From Alphaproteobacteria bacterium (GTDB lineage: Bacteria; Pseudomonadota; Alphaproteobacteria; GCA-2746255): a DNA stretch of 64,000 nucleotides. Location: the NCBI GenBank assembly GCA_965249135.1, contig OZ252220.1, forward strand, positions 742,497 through 806,496, written 5' to 3'. Positions 39,639 through 51,235 of this stretch are shown here, piece after piece. The notes under the pieces were generated by a model. It searched no databases, was not told the DNA's origin, and saw only the letters and a program-made list of their open reading frames with translations. The first letter of the stretch is position 1, and every line of letters starts with the position of its first letter. Position numbers and translations under genes: made by a program.

Positions 39639-40719
39639 TCGCGCCGGCGCGCGCCTCACGATCGACCTCGACGCCATCGCGACAAACTATCGGCTGCTTA
39701 CCAAACGGCTCGGACCGGCCGGACTTCATGCCGTCGTAAAGGCGGACGCCTATGGCTTAGGCGTGGAGGCAATTGCAAACGCGCTTGCCGCGCCTGGCTG
39801 CCGGCATTTCTTCGTCGCCACCCTGGAGGAAGGCGTAAGCCTGCGTGCACACCTTCCCGATGCCGAGATCGGGGTCTTCAACGGCCTCCTCAAAGGCGAG
39901 GAGACCGCCTATGTCGAACACCGGCTCATCCCCTGCTTGAACGACCTCGGCCAGGTCGAGCGCTTCTCGGCGCTCGGCACACCGGCACTGGCCGGGCTGC
40001 AGATCGACACCGGCATGGCCCGCCTTGGGCTGTCGGCCAAGGACGTGGAGCGCCTGGTCTTGGAACCGGAACGTCTCTCCGGCATTCGGCTTCACTACGT
40101 TTTTTCGCACCTGGCCTGCGCCGATGCGCCGTCGCATCCGAAAAACGCCGAGCAGCTTGACCTCTTTCAAGCGCTCACCCGACGCCTTCCGGCCACGCGT
40201 CGGAGCCTTGCGAATTCGAGCGGCATTTTTTTGGGGCCGGAATACCACTTCGACTTCGCCCGCGCAGGGGCCGCAATCTATGGCCTAAACCCGCAAACCG
40301 ATCGTCCCAATCCAATGACACAAGTCATTGTCCTACAAGGTAGAATCCTACAAGTGCGTGACGTTGACACCCCCCAGACCGTTGGCTATGGTGCGACCTA
40401 CCGCGCCAGCGGGGTTGGCCGAATCGCCACGGTAGCCGTGGGTTATGCAGACGGTTATCTGCGTACTCTAGGTAATCGTGGCATCTGTTTCGTCGGTGAC
40501 CGGCAGGTGCCAGTCATTGGACGTATTTCGATGGATCTGATCACGATCGACGTCACGGAAATTTCACCGCAGCAAATTACGCCCGGCACCTTCGTGGAAC
40601 TCATCGGCCCGCACCATTCCATCGACGCCCTTGCGAGCGAAGCCGGCACGATCGGTTACGAAATCCTGACCCGTCTCGGGCATCGCATCCATCGCAGCTA
40701 TATCGGGAAGAACGCGTAA
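39625..40719 (+). CDS. alr: Alanine racemase
   Basis: AVVKADAYG, DTGMARLG, VGYADG, GRISMD. Confidence 0.96.
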   Translation: MSPSDRAGARLTIDLDAIATNYRLLTKRLGPAGLHAVVKADAYGLGVEAIANALAAPGCRHFFVATLEEGVSLRAHLPDAEIGVFNGLLKGEETAYVEHRLIPCLNDLGQVERFSALGTPALAGLQIDTGMARLGLSAKDVERLVLEPERLSGIRLHYVFSHLACADAPSHPKNAEQLDLFQALTRRLPATRRSLANSSGIFLGPEYHFDFARAGAAIYGLNPQTDRPNPMTQVIVLQGRILQVRDVDTPQTVGYGATYRASGVGRIATVAVGYADGYLRTLGNRGICFVGDRQVPVIGRISMDLITIDVTEISPQQITPGTFVELIGPHHSIDALASEAGTIGYEILTRLGHRIHRSYIGKNA

Positions 40720-40723
40720 GCCC

Positions 40724-41503
40724 ATGGCAATATTCGACGCCCTCGCGCTGCTTGGACGCACCTTCTTAGGTTTCCTGGAGGCGACCGGACGGCTCGCCGT
40801 TTTCGTAGGAAAAGCCTTCTCGCGTGCCTTGCAGCCACCCTTCTATTTCCGCGCCATCGGCCAGCAGATGATCGACATCGGCTACTACTCGCTACCGATC
40901 GTCGGCCTCACCGCCATCTTCGCCGGCATGGTGCTGGCGCTCCAAAGCAACATCGGCCTCGCTCGCTTCGAGGCGGAATCCCAGATCCCTGAGATCATCG
41001 CCTTCTCGATTACCCGGGAATTGGGTCCCGTGCTGGCCGGCCTCATGGTGGCCGGGCGGATCGGGGCGTCGATGGCGGCCGAGATCGGAACGATGCGGGT
41101 CACCGAACAGATCGACGCGCTGGTGACGCTGGCGACGGACCCGTTCAAATACCTGGTCTTCCCCCGCCTGCTGGCCGGCATCGTGACGTTGCCCTTGCTC
41201 GTCCTGGTCGCCGATATCATCGGCATCTTCGGCGGCTTCGTCATCAGCGTTCAAACCTTTGGCTTCAATCCGGCCAACTTCATCTCGAAGGTGTGGGATT
41301 ACCTGGTCGTGGACGACGTCATCGACGGCATGGTGAAGTCCTCCGTCTTCGGCTTCATCGTGACATTGATGGGTTGCTACCAGGGGTTCTATTCGCGGGG
41401 TGGCGCCGAAGGGGTCGGCCGGGCGACGACGAACGCGGTCGTTGCCGCCTCCATCCTGATCCTGGTTTCCGATTACTTCCTGTCCGCGCTGATGTTCAAT
41501 TGA
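40724..41503 (+). CDS. mlaE: MlaE-family ABC permease
   Basis: RELGPVL, AEIGTMRVTEQIDAL, GVGRATT. Confidence 0.92.
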   Translation: MAIFDALALLGRTFLGFLEATGRLAVFVGKAFSRALQPPFYFRAIGQQMIDIGYYSLPIVGLTAIFAGMVLALQSNIGLARFEAESQIPEIIAFSITRELGPVLAGLMVAGRIGASMAAEIGTMRVTEQIDALVTLATDPFKYLVFPRLLAGIVTLPLLVLVADIIGIFGGFVISVQTFGFNPANFISKVWDYLVVDDVIDGMVKSSVFGFIVTLMGCYQGFYSRGGAEGVGRATTNAVVAASILILVSDYFLSALMFN

Positions 41504-42282
41504 TGACAAACGATCAGCCAAAAATCCGGATTCGCAACCTTCACATGGCCTTCGGCTCGAACCGGGTCTTGAGCGGATTGGACCTCGATATCGGGGTCGG
41601 CGAATCGATCGTCGTGTTCGGCGGCTCCGGCATCGGGAAGTCCGTGCTTGTCAAATGCATCCTCGGTCTTTTGACGCCGGAGCAAGGCAGCATCCAGGTC
41701 GACGGCGTCGAGGTCGTCGGCATGAAGGAAAGCGAACGCGAGGTCATGCTCCGGCAATTCGGCATGCTGTTCCAGGGCGGCGCCCTTTTCGACAGCCTCC
41801 GGGTCTGGGAGAATGTCGCCTTCGGCCTGATCCAGGCCCATGGCATGGCGCGCAAGGAGGCGAAGAAGGTGGCGCTCGAGAAACTCGCCTCCGTCGGGCT
41901 CGACGAACGGGTAGCGGAACTTGCCCCGGCCGAACTTTCCGGCGGCATGAAGAAACGGGTGGGCCTGGCGCGCGCCATTGCTACCTCTCCAAAAATCATC
42001 ATCTTCGACGAACCGACGACCGGGCTCGACCCGATCATGGGCAGCATCATCGACCGCCTCATCGTCCATAGCGTGAAGGAACTTCAGGTGACGGCGCTTT
42101 CCATCACCCACGACATGGCGAGCGCCCGGCGAATCGCCGACCGGATGGCGATGCTGTACGAAGGCAAGATCATATGGGACGGCCCCGTCGCCGACATCGA
42201 CACGGTGGACAACCCTTACGTCGACCAGTTCATCCATGGAAAGGCCGAAGGTCCCATCAAGATGCAGGTTCGGCATCCTTAA
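41503..42282 (+). CDS. mlaF: MlaF-family ABC ATPase
   Basis: GGSGIGKS, LFQGGALFDS, LSGGMKKRV, DEPTTGLDP. Confidence 0.92.
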   Translation: MTNDQPKIRIRNLHMAFGSNRVLSGLDLDIGVGESIVVFGGSGIGKSVLVKCILGLLTPEQGSIQVDGVEVVGMKESEREVMLRQFGMLFQGGALFDSLRVWENVAFGLIQAHGMARKEAKKVALEKLASVGLDERVAELAPAELSGGMKKRVGLARAIATSPKIIIFDEPTTGLDPIMGSIIDRLIVHSVKELQVTALSITHDMASARRIADRMAMLYEGKIIWDGPVADIDTVDNPYVDQFIHGKAEGPIKMQVRHP

Positions 42283-42318
42283 GACTTAAATCTCCACCCG
42301 CAACCGAAGGCGGGAGCA

Positions 42319-43734
<1,416 letters not shown>

Positions 43735-43748
43735 GAAGAGAAAGGACG

Positions 43749-44420
43749 ATGGACGACCTGCCCTTCACAACGATCGATTTTGTCATTCTTGGCACGCTCT
43801 TGCTGTCTGCCCTCTTCGCCTGGGGCCGCGGCCTCGTGCACGAGCTGCTTTCCCTCGTCGCCTGGGTCGGCGCCGCGCTCATTACGATCTACGGGTTCAG
43901 CGCAGCCCGGCCTTTCGCCTACGAGATCCTTGCCATCCCCATCCTGACCGACATCGTGCTCGCCCTCGTGCTTTTCATTGTCTCACTACTTCTTCTCTCG
44001 TTCATCGCGCGCGCCATTGCGGGACGCGTGAAGGAGAGCAAGCTGAAACCGCTCGACCGTGGGCTCGGCCTCTTCTTCGGTCTGGTGCGGGGCGGCGTCA
44101 TCGTTTCGCTGATCTATCTCATGTTCGCCTGGATGGTGCCTTCCGAGGACCATCCCGACTGGTTCGAGCACTCCATGCTTCTACCCTTCGTGGGCCTCGG
44201 TGCCAGCTTCCTTAGCGACTTCGTCCCGGATTCGGAAGAAAAGGAGGGGACGGAGGCGGTGCTGAGGGCAAAAGACCGCGCGCTCGATGCGATCTCGTTG
44301 GCGCCGATTCTCGACATCTTCACGGGCTCGGACCCGAAATCGGCTGATACAGAAGGGAAATCCGGCTATAACAAAAAGGAACGCGGCGCGATGGAACGGC
44401 TGATCGACAGCCATCAGTAG
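43749..44420 (+). CDS. cvpA: CvpA (colicin V production) family membrane protein
   Basis: RGLVHELLSL, LDRGLG..FGLVRG; directly upstream of purF. Confidence 0.9.
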   Translation: MDDLPFTTIDFVILGTLLLSALFAWGRGLVHELLSLVAWVGAALITIYGFSAARPFAYEILAIPILTDIVLALVLFIVSLLLLSFIARAIAGRVKESKLKPLDRGLGLFFGLVRGGVIVSLIYLMFAWMVPSEDHPDWFEHSMLLPFVGLGASFLSDFVPDSEEKEGTEAVLRAKDRALDAISLAPILDIFTGSDPKSADTEGKSGYNKKERGAMERLIDSHQ

Positions 44421-44439
44421 TCCCCGGTGGATTGACAAA

Positions 44440-45894
44440 ATGCGTGGGACGAACCCTTTCGAAGACGATCACCTCCACGAAGAGTGCGGGGTCTTTGGCA
44501 TCTACGGCCACGGCGATGCGGCCGCCCATACGGCGCTGGGGCTGCATGCGCTCCAGCATCGTGGCCAGGAAGCGGCCGGAATCGTTAGCTTCGACGGTAA
44601 GCAGTTTCACAATCACCGCGCCCTTGGGCTCGTCAGCGACAATTTCGGAGACAGCAAGGTCATCGACGGCCTCAAGGGCTTCGCCGCGATTGGCCACAAC
44701 CGCTATTCGACGACCGGCGAGACGGTGCTCCGCAACGTCCAGCCGCTGTTTGCCGATTTTGAATCGGGCGGGTTCGCCATCGGCCACAACGGAAACCTGA
44801 CCAATGCGCGCGCGCTGCGCCGTCAACTCGTGCACCGCGGGTGCCTTTTCCAGTCGACGACGGACACGGAAGTCATCGTCCATCTGGTTGCGACTTCTCT
44901 CTATTCCACCGTCATCGACCGGCTGATCGATGCCCTGAAGCAGGTGGAGGGTGCCTATTCCCTGATCGCGCTTACGAACGAATCCCTGATCGGCGTGCGG
45001 GACCCGCGCGGCGTTCGCCCGCTTGTCATCGGCAAGTTGGACGGCAGCCATATCCTTGCTTCCGAAAGCTGTGCCTTGGATATCATTGGCGCCGAATTCG
45101 TCCGCAACGTGGAAGCCGGAGAAATCGTCGTCATCAACGATTCCGGCCTACACAGCATCCGGCCATTCCTCAAACTGCCGCAACGCTTCTGCATCTTCGA
45201 ATACATCTACTTTGCCAGGCCCGACAGCGTCGTCGAAGGCACGGACGTTTACGAGACCCGAAAACGCATCGGCGCCGAGCTTGCCCGCGAATGCCCTGTT
45301 AATGCCGACGTCGTCATCCCGGTTCCCGATTCGGGCGTGCCGGCGGCCATCGGGTATGCGGTCGAGGCCGGCCTCCCCTTCGAGTTCGGAATCACCCGAA
45401 ATCACTACGTCGGGCGAACCTTTATCGAGCCGAAGGATCAAATCCGGCACCTTGGCATCAAGCTGAAGCACAACGCGAACGCCCGTTTGATCGACGGCAA
45501 GCGCGTCGTGCTCATCGACGACAGCATCGTGCGCGGCACCACCTCGACGAAGATCGTCGAAATGGTTCGCCAGGCGGGCGCCAGCGAGGTGCATTTGCGA
45601 ATCGCCAGCCCGCCGACGGCACATTCCTGTTTCTATGGAGTCGACACGCCGGAGCGCGAAGAACTCCTGGCCGCGCAACACGATCTCAAAGCGATGGCGG
45701 CCCTGATCAAGGTGGACAGCCTTGCCTACATCTCGATCGATGGCCTCTACCGGGCCATGGGTGAGGTGGGCCGGGACATGGAGAAGCCGCAATATTGCGA
45801 CGCTTGCTTCACCGGCGATTACCCGATCCGGCTCGCCGATCAGGAGGGCGGAGAATCGACCGCCCAACTTTCGTTGCTTGCCGAACTCGGCTGA
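44440..45894 (+). CDS. purF: Amidophosphoribosyltransferase
   Basis: EECGVFG, LQHRGQE, CIFEYIYFARPDS, DDSIVRGTTS. Confidence 0.97.
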   Translation: MRGTNPFEDDHLHEECGVFGIYGHGDAAAHTALGLHALQHRGQEAAGIVSFDGKQFHNHRALGLVSDNFGDSKVIDGLKGFAAIGHNRYSTTGETVLRNVQPLFADFESGGFAIGHNGNLTNARALRRQLVHRGCLFQSTTDTEVIVHLVATSLYSTVIDRLIDALKQVEGAYSLIALTNESLIGVRDPRGVRPLVIGKLDGSHILASESCALDIIGAEFVRNVEAGEIVVINDSGLHSIRPFLKLPQRFCIFEYIYFARPDSVVEGTDVYETRKRIGAELARECPVNADVVIPVPDSGVPAAIGYAVEAGLPFEFGITRNHYVGRTFIEPKDQIRHLGIKLKHNANARLIDGKRVVLIDDSIVRGTTSTKIVEMVRQAGASEVHLRIASPPTAHSCFYGVDTPEREELLAAQHDLKAMAALIKVDSLAYISIDGLYRAMGEVGRDMEKPQYCDACFTGDYPIRLADQEGGESTAQLSLLAELG

Positions 45895-45898
45895 TTGC

Positions 45899-46615
45899 GT
45901 GACTGCACCCTCCCGACCGCGCCTTGAGGGGCGCATTGCACTGATTACAGGTGCCTCGCGCGGGATCGGGGCAGCCGTCGCCAAGCACTTTGCGCGCGAG
46001 GGCGCCCATGTCATCCTGGTGGCACGCACGACCAGCGACCTTGAAGCGATCGACGATTCCGTTCAGGCGGACGGCGGCACGGCAACGCTCGTGCCCCTTG
46101 ACCTCACCGAGTTTGCGGCGATCGACCAGATGGGCGCGGCGATCGCCGAGCGCTTCGGCCGGCTCGACGTTCTGGTTGGAAACGCGGCGATCCTCGGCAC
46201 CCTTTCGCCGATCGGGCACACCGATCCGGAAACCTGGGAACGGACCTTCGCCGTCAACGTCACCGCAAATTGGCACCTCATCCGCGCCTTCGACCCAATA
46301 CTTCGTGCCTCCGATTCGGGGCGCGCGATCTTCGTGACATCTGGCGTCGGAAGCCGGGCCATCCCCTATTACGGCGCCTACGCGGCCAGCAAGGCGGCCT
46401 TGAATAGGATGGTTGAGACCTACGCCGCCGAAGTGACGAAGACAAAGCTCAAGGTCAATCTCATCGATCCAGGCGTCGTGCGAACGGCCATGCGGGCCCA
46501 GGCCTTTCCGGGCGAGGACCCGGCCGGCTTGCCACCGCCAGAATCCGTGACGGAGGCGTTTGTCCGGCTGGCCGTAAGCCGCGTGCGTTCCCACGGCAAG
46601 ATCGTCCACGCCTAG
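45899..46615 (+). CDS. Short-chain dehydrogenase/reductase (YciK-like)
   Basis: TGASRGIG, YAASK, RTAMRAQAFPGED. Confidence 0.88.
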   Translation: MTAPSRPRLEGRIALITGASRGIGAAVAKHFAREGAHVILVARTTSDLEAIDDSVQADGGTATLVPLDLTEFAAIDQMGAAIAERFGRLDVLVGNAAILGTLSPIGHTDPETWERTFAVNVTANWHLIRAFDPILRASDSGRAIFVTSGVGSRAIPYYGAYAASKAALNRMVETYAAEVTKTKLKVNLIDPGVVRTAMRAQAFPGEDPAGLPPPESVTEAFVRLAVSRVRSHGKIVHA

Positions 46616-47949
46616 ACGTAAGGGTTTTCTCCCTTGCGCAAGCGAAAGCGGATCGGCGTTCCCTGAAGCGCGAAGGTTTCCCGGAGACTATTCACAAGAT
46701 AGCGAACGTAGCTGTCCGGCAATTTATCGGGCCGCGAGACGAACAAGGCAAAGGTCGGCGGACGCGCCTTGACTTGGGTGAGGTAACGCAGCTTAAGCGG
46801 TTTTCCCCTTACGGCGGGCGGCGGGTGGCGATCGACGACGTCAGCCAGCCACCGGTTCAGCTTGGCCGTCGGCAGGCGCCGGTTCCACGTTTCATAGGCC
46901 TCCAAGACCGCCGGCATGAGGTGTTCGACATTCTCTCCGGTCTTGGCGGAAAGGGGGACGCAGACAAGCCCGCGAACCTGGGGGAGCGAGCGTTCCAGTC
47001 GTTCGTTGAGCCTGGCAAGGGCGGCGTCGGGCGCCTTGACGCGGTCCCATTTATTGGCCGCGATGACCAGCGCGCGGCCTTCCTCGATCGCCTGGTTGGC
47101 AATGGTAAGATCCTGCTTTTCAAGCATCTTTTCGGCATCGAGGACAAGCAGGACGACCTGGGTGCGGCGGATCGCCTTACCTGTCGCCTCGATGGAAAGC
47201 TGCTCGAGCTTCTCCTCGATTCGCGTCCGACGGCGAAAGCCGGCCGTATCGACCAGGAAGAACGTTCTTCCCGCATATTCCCAGCTGACGGCAATCGCAT
47301 CGCGCGTAATGCCGGCCTCCGGCCCGGTCAACAAGCGCTCCTCGCCGATCAGGCGATTGGCAAGGGTCGACTTGCCGACGTTTGGGCGCCCGACGATCGC
47401 CAGCGCAAGGCCATCTTGCGGTCCGCCCTCCAAAGCCGGCGTTTCCGCTTCTTCTTGCTCCAGAAAGGGGGCGAGGTGATCGTAAAGTTCAGCCATGCCT
47501 TCGTTGTGTTCGGCGGAAATCGCGACCGGCTCGCCGAAACCGAGCCCGAAGGCGGCGTAGTAGCCTTCTTCACCGGACCCAATTTCGCATTTGTTGGCGA
47601 CCAGCAGGACCGGCGTGTTCTGCTTGCGAAGCCACTTTGCGAATTGTTCGTCGAGCGCCGTGATCCCCGCTCGCACGTCCATCAAGAAAAGGGCGATGTC
47701 CGCCTGCGCAAGCACGCGCTCCGTTTGGGCGCGCATCTTCGTTTCCAGCGTTTCGCGCGCCTCTTCCTCGAAGCCCGCCGTATCGATCACGCGAAAGACG
47801 AGGCCGCCGAGCGCTGCCTTGCCCTCGTGCCAGTCGCGCGTAACTCCCGGTGTGTCATGGGTCAGTGCCGCGCGCTCCTGGATCAAGCGGTTGAACAGCG
47901 TCGATTTGCCGACGTTTGGCCGGCCAACGATGGCGACCGTCTTCATCAT
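46612..47949 (-). CDS. der: Ribosome biogenesis GTPase Der (EngA)
   Basis: Two GRPNVGKS/DTAG/NKxD GTPase domains plus KH-like domain. Confidence 0.97.
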   Translation of the reverse strand: MMKTVAIVGRPNVGKSTLFNRLIQERAALTHDTPGVTRDWHEGKAALGGLVFRVIDTAGFEEEARETLETKMRAQTERVLAQADIALFLMDVRAGITALDEQFAKWLRKQNTPVLLVANKCEIGSGEEGYYAAFGLGFGEPVAISAEHNEGMAELYDHLAPFLEQEEAETPALEGGPQDGLALAIVGRPNVGKSTLANRLIGEERLLTGPEAGITRDAIAVSWEYAGRTFFLVDTAGFRRRTRIEEKLEQLSIEATGKAIRRTQVVLLVLDAEKMLEKQDLTIANQAIEEGRALVIAANKWDRVKAPDAALARLNERLERSLPQVRGLVCVPLSAKTGENVEHLMPAVLEAYETWNRRLPTAKLNRWLADVVDRHPPPAVRGKPLKLRYLTQVKARPPTFALFVSRPDKLPDSYVRYLVNSLRETFALQGTPIRFRLRKGENPYV

Positions 47950-47965
47950 GGCCTTTTCCAAAAAC

Positions 47966-49282
47966 CTAGCGGAGTGCGACGAGATCGGCGTCGGTCGTCA
48001 GAAAATAGATCACGCCCTGTGCGACGACCGGCGTAACCGTCATGCCATCGTCAAACGTCATCCGGCCCATGACCTGCCCCTCATACGGGGAGACGGCCAG
48101 CACGACGCCGTGCGAGCCGGCGATCAGCAGACGGTTGCTCGCCAGCACCGGCCCATTCCAAACGATGGGCTCTTTTTTCTCTTCCGGATCGAGATATTTG
48201 GGCAGCTCCAGAACCCAGATAACCTCCCCCTTCTCCCGGGACAGGCAAACGATTTCGCTGTTCGTCGTCAGGAGGTAGAGGTAGTTCCCGGCAACCCATG
48301 GCGTTTGAATGCCACCGATTTCTTTCTCCCATACACGCGTCCCCGCCTTCATATCCAGCGCGACGATGCGGCCGCTGTGGCTCACGGCGACGACGAGGTC
48401 GCGATCGATGACGGGGTTTCCACGGATATCCGCGATCGAGGAAATCGTGTCGCTGCGCCGCGGAGACGCAAGCGAATAGGACCACATGATTCGCCCGTTG
48501 TTGGCGAGAATGGCGTAGATCTCTCCGGACGTATAGGGAACGATGACGATGTCGCCATCCACGGCCGGGCTTGCCCCACCGAGGATGCCGGCGCTTTCTT
48601 CAAAGCCTTTGTGGGTCCACAGCGTATCGCCGTTCCGCGCATCAAGGACGAAAAGCTGGTTGTCGATCGTCGTCACAAAAAGCCGTCCATCGCTCACGGT
48701 GGGGGCCGCGCGCATCGGCGAAGGGAGTGCGCGGCGCCAAACCGGCTCTCCGGTCTCCGCGTTCAGCGCGACGACCTGCGCGAAGCCGGTGCTGACGAAA
48801 AGATGGCCATAGGCATAGGCGACCCCGCCACTGAAGGTGACGTCGTCCTCGTCTTCCGGCGTCAGATCCGTGCGCCACGACCGATCGCCGTTTTCGGTAT
48901 CGTAGGCGGAGATTCGCCCATCCACATCTGCGACATACACGCGCGCGCCGACGACGACCGGCTGCGAAATTAGTCGGCTCTTGCTATCCGATCCGCTGCC
49001 AATATCCGAGGACCAGATTTCTTCTGGCGCCTCGCCGATCACCAAGTGGTGCATGGCGTGATTCGGATAGCCACCCGCTTGCGGCCAGGCGGGGTTCATC
49101 TGTGGCCGCGGCAGCCGAATGACGGTTTCCTCAACATCCGGCTTCAATTTCTGATCAAGCAGCATGATCGGAATGCGTTCGCCGGGAATCTTTACCTCTT
49201 CCACTTTGAACAGACCTTCGCACCCGGCAAGCCCGATCGCGGCCATCAGGAAAAAAGGGAATTTACGCATGCCCTGCCTCAC
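47966..49282 (-). CDS. bamB: PQQ-like beta-propeller lipoprotein (BamB)
   Basis: Lipobox LAGC, repeated ..TG...W propeller blades; yfgM-bamB-der synteny. Confidence 0.8.
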   Translation of the reverse strand: MRQGMRKFPFFLMAAIGLAGCEGLFKVEEVKIPGERIPIMLLDQKLKPDVEETVIRLPRPQMNPAWPQAGGYPNHAMHHLVIGEAPEEIWSSDIGSGSDSKSRLISQPVVVGARVYVADVDGRISAYDTENGDRSWRTDLTPEDEDDVTFSGGVAYAYGHLFVSTGFAQVVALNAETGEPVWRRALPSPMRAAPTVSDGRLFVTTIDNQLFVLDARNGDTLWTHKGFEESAGILGGASPAVDGDIVIVPYTSGEIYAILANNGRIMWSYSLASPRRSDTISSIADIRGNPVIDRDLVVAVSHSGRIVALDMKAGTRVWEKEIGGIQTPWVAGNYLYLLTTNSEIVCLSREKGEVIWVLELPKYLDPEEKKEPIVWNGPVLASNRLLIAGSHGVVLAVSPYEGQVMGRMTFDDGMTVTPVVAQGVIYFLTTDADLVALR

Positions 49283-49932
49283 GATTCCTCACCAAGGGCG
49301 GTCGACATTTCCTCGGCACGTTGCCGCAACATCTCCGGCGCGTCCGGATCCGCTGCGAGTCCTGTATAAATCTCCCGTGCCTTGGCCCGTTCGCCGGATC
49401 GAATCGCGACCAGGGCGGTGATCTCAAGGGCCGAATGCCGCCAGGGGCTTCCCGCTGCCGTCAATGGCTCGAGCTCGGAAAGCAGCGTGTCCGGATCCTC
49501 CCGGTCGATCCGCCGATACGCGCCCAAAATACGAGCGAGGTTGCGAAGCGTCACCGGCGCGCCGCCGTCCTCTGTAATTTCGCGGTAGATCTGAATGGCG
49601 CCCTCCGTATCGCCCTTCGCAGACACGAGAGCCGCTTCGTGGAAGCGGGCGAGCGAGGCATAGCCCTCGCTCCCTTCCTTCGCGATCATGGCAAACGCTG
49701 CCCGCGCGGTATCCTCGTTTCCCTGCCCTAAAAGTTCGGTCGCGGTGTGGTACTGGACCCCGGTCGCCAGGGTCTGTTGTCGGCTGTATTCCTCCCAGCC
49801 CCCCTTCGCGGCAACGATGATCACCACCGCGAGTGCACCACCAATTGCGAAGCGGCCATACTTCCGCCACAAGGCGAGAAGTCGATCGCGTCGTAACTCC
49901 TCGTCGATTTCTCGGAAAACGTTGTCGTTCAC
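49279..49932 (-). CDS. YfgM-like TPR membrane protein
   Basis: FREIDEELRRDR...W.KYG, single TM, TPR-like helices. Confidence 0.8.
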   Translation of the reverse strand: MNDNVFREIDEELRRDRLLALWRKYGRFAIGGALAVVIIVAAKGGWEEYSRQQTLATGVQYHTATELLGQGNEDTARAAFAMIAKEGSEGYASLARFHEAALVSAKGDTEGAIQIYREITEDGGAPVTLRNLARILGAYRRIDREDPDTLLSELEPLTAAGSPWRHSALEITALVAIRSGERAKAREIYTGLAADPDAPEMLRQRAEEMSTALGEES

Positions 49933-50050
49933 GAACTACCTCTGTCCCGCAACCGGCGGGCTAAGATAAACCCCGGCAGGAGCGAAGGCAAACCCATGAA
50001 AGGCGCAGGATTCCGGGCCCATCGGGCTGGATCGGGGGTGCGGCTGGGGC

Positions 50051-50608
50051 TTACGCTTGCCTTCGCCATTTGATCGAACAGCCCATGCTGGCGACCTGCA
50101 TGGAAGGCCCCTCCCCGGTCTTGGCGATGGCGATTATCGCTTCGAAGAGCTCGCGTCGCGCCCCTGGCACCTCTTCGCGACCGCCCTCATCGATGCGCCC
50201 CCGGTACTGAAGCTCAAACGCCTGATTGAAGCCAAAGAAGTCCGGCGTGCAGATGGCGTCGTAGGCGCGCGCCGTGGCTTGCGTCTCGTCGATCAGATAA
50301 GGAAAGGGGAAGGCATGGGCCTTCGCGAAAGCCTGCATGTTCTCAAACGAGTCCTCCGGATAGGCGATCGCATCGTTCGGCATGATGGCGACGGAGCCGA
50401 CCCCGTGGTTCTCAAGCTCGCGTGCGTCACGAACGATGCGCGATATGGCCGCCTGCACATAGGGGCAGTGGTTGCAGATAAACATCACAAGGGTCGCCTT
50501 CGGCCCACGGATATCCGCCAGGCTGGTGATCGTGCCGTCGAGGTCTGGAAGGCGGAAATCGACCGCCTTCCAACCGAACGCGCAGACAGGAGTGTGCACG
50601 AGCGCCAT
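50051..50608 (-). CDS. Thioredoxin-like / AhpC-TSA family redoxin
   Basis: FICNHCPYV, YLIDETQ, CTPDFF, YRGRID, SMGCSIKW. Confidence 0.9.
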   Translation of the reverse strand: MALVHTPVCAFGWKAVDFRLPDLDGTITSLADIRGPKATLVMFICNHCPYVQAAISRIVRDARELENHGVGSVAIMPNDAIAYPEDSFENMQAFAKAHAFPFPYLIDETQATARAYDAICTPDFFGFNQAFELQYRGRIDEGGREEVPGARRELFEAIIAIAKTGEGPSMQVASMGCSIKWRRQA

Positions 50609-50649
50609 GCCGGCCGACTCCTAAACGGACCCGATCGAAACGAAGAATA

Positions 50650-50799
50650 TCAGGAAGAACTGCCCTTCGTCGCTTCCGGCCGCTCCGTCGCGGATGGCGC
50701 CTCGCCATCCCGGTCCGGCCCCTGCTTCAGATGCGCGATCACCGCCCGCCGATAGGCAGGATCGTCGATGGCACGTTCGAAGTCGATTTTGTCGTCCAT
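50650..50799 (-). CDS. small hypothetical protein, 49 aa (absent from ORF track)
   Basis: MDDKIDFERAIDDPAYRRAVIAHLKQGPDRDGEAPSATERPEATKGSSS*; helical-looking N-terminal half and host-like codon use. Confidence 0.55.
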   Translation of the reverse strand: MDDKIDFERAIDDPAYRRAVIAHLKQGPDRDGEAPSATERPEATKGSSS

Positions 50800-50883
50800 T
50801 CCAAGGCTCGCCTTCCGTCTTCGTATTCATTCCATCTTAGTAGTTAGAAATGAAGGCCGTTTTGGGCGGAAGGCGCAATTTCT

Positions 50884-50936
50884 TGGGGAAAAAATTGGGG
50901 ATATCCCGCTTTTTCCTGGGGAAAAGATGGGGATAA
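50884..50936. repeat. four TGGGGAWAW boxes (WTWTCCCCA on the minus strand)
   Basis: TGGGGAAAA 50884, TGGGGATAT 50896, TGGGGAAAA 50917, TGGGGATAA 50928. Confidence 0.8.
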
Positions 50937-50948
50937 CTTGAGACGAAA

Positions 50949-50976
50949 GGCGGCAGCCGGTTTCCCGGCTGCCGCC
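50949..50976 (-). terminator. intrinsic terminator of the 77-aa gene
   Basis: Perfect 12-bp stem GGCGGCAGCCGG/CCGGCTGCCGCC with a GAAA loop on the minus strand, followed by TTTCGTCT. Confidence 0.75.
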
Positions 50977-51001
50977 AATCGCCGATAAAAAGGCACGAGT
51001 C

Positions 51002-51235
51002 CTAGTCGCGGGACTTGTTATAGAGATAAAGAATGATCCCCAAGGCGATCAATCCAACGAGACCATTATCCCCCAATGCACGGATCAGGGTGATCAGGTT
51101 GCCGACAATATCGCCGGTAAGGAAGGTCGCATTCTCTCCAAATAGGATCTGAATGACGATCCCAAGAGCGATTAGGCCAAGCCCGACCTCGGTGATCTGG
51201 CCGACCCATTTTGTCACACTTCGAAGTGCATCCAT
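51002..51235 (-). CDS. small two-TM membrane protein of unknown function
   Basis: GAGGGGG RBS, own terminator; internal repeat GLGLIALGIVIQIL / GLVGLIALGIILYL. Confidence 0.8.
   Translation of the reverse strand: MDALRSVTKWVGQITEVGLGLIALGIVIQILFGENATFLTGDIVGNLITLIRALGDNGLVGLIALGIILYLYNKSRD

Noticed and set aside
50621..50830. 69-aa ORF from the track (MNTKTEGEPW...)
   Set aside because: Arg/Gly-rich off-frame character; the overlapping 49-aa frame (50650-50799) looks more protein-like. Not fully excluded.
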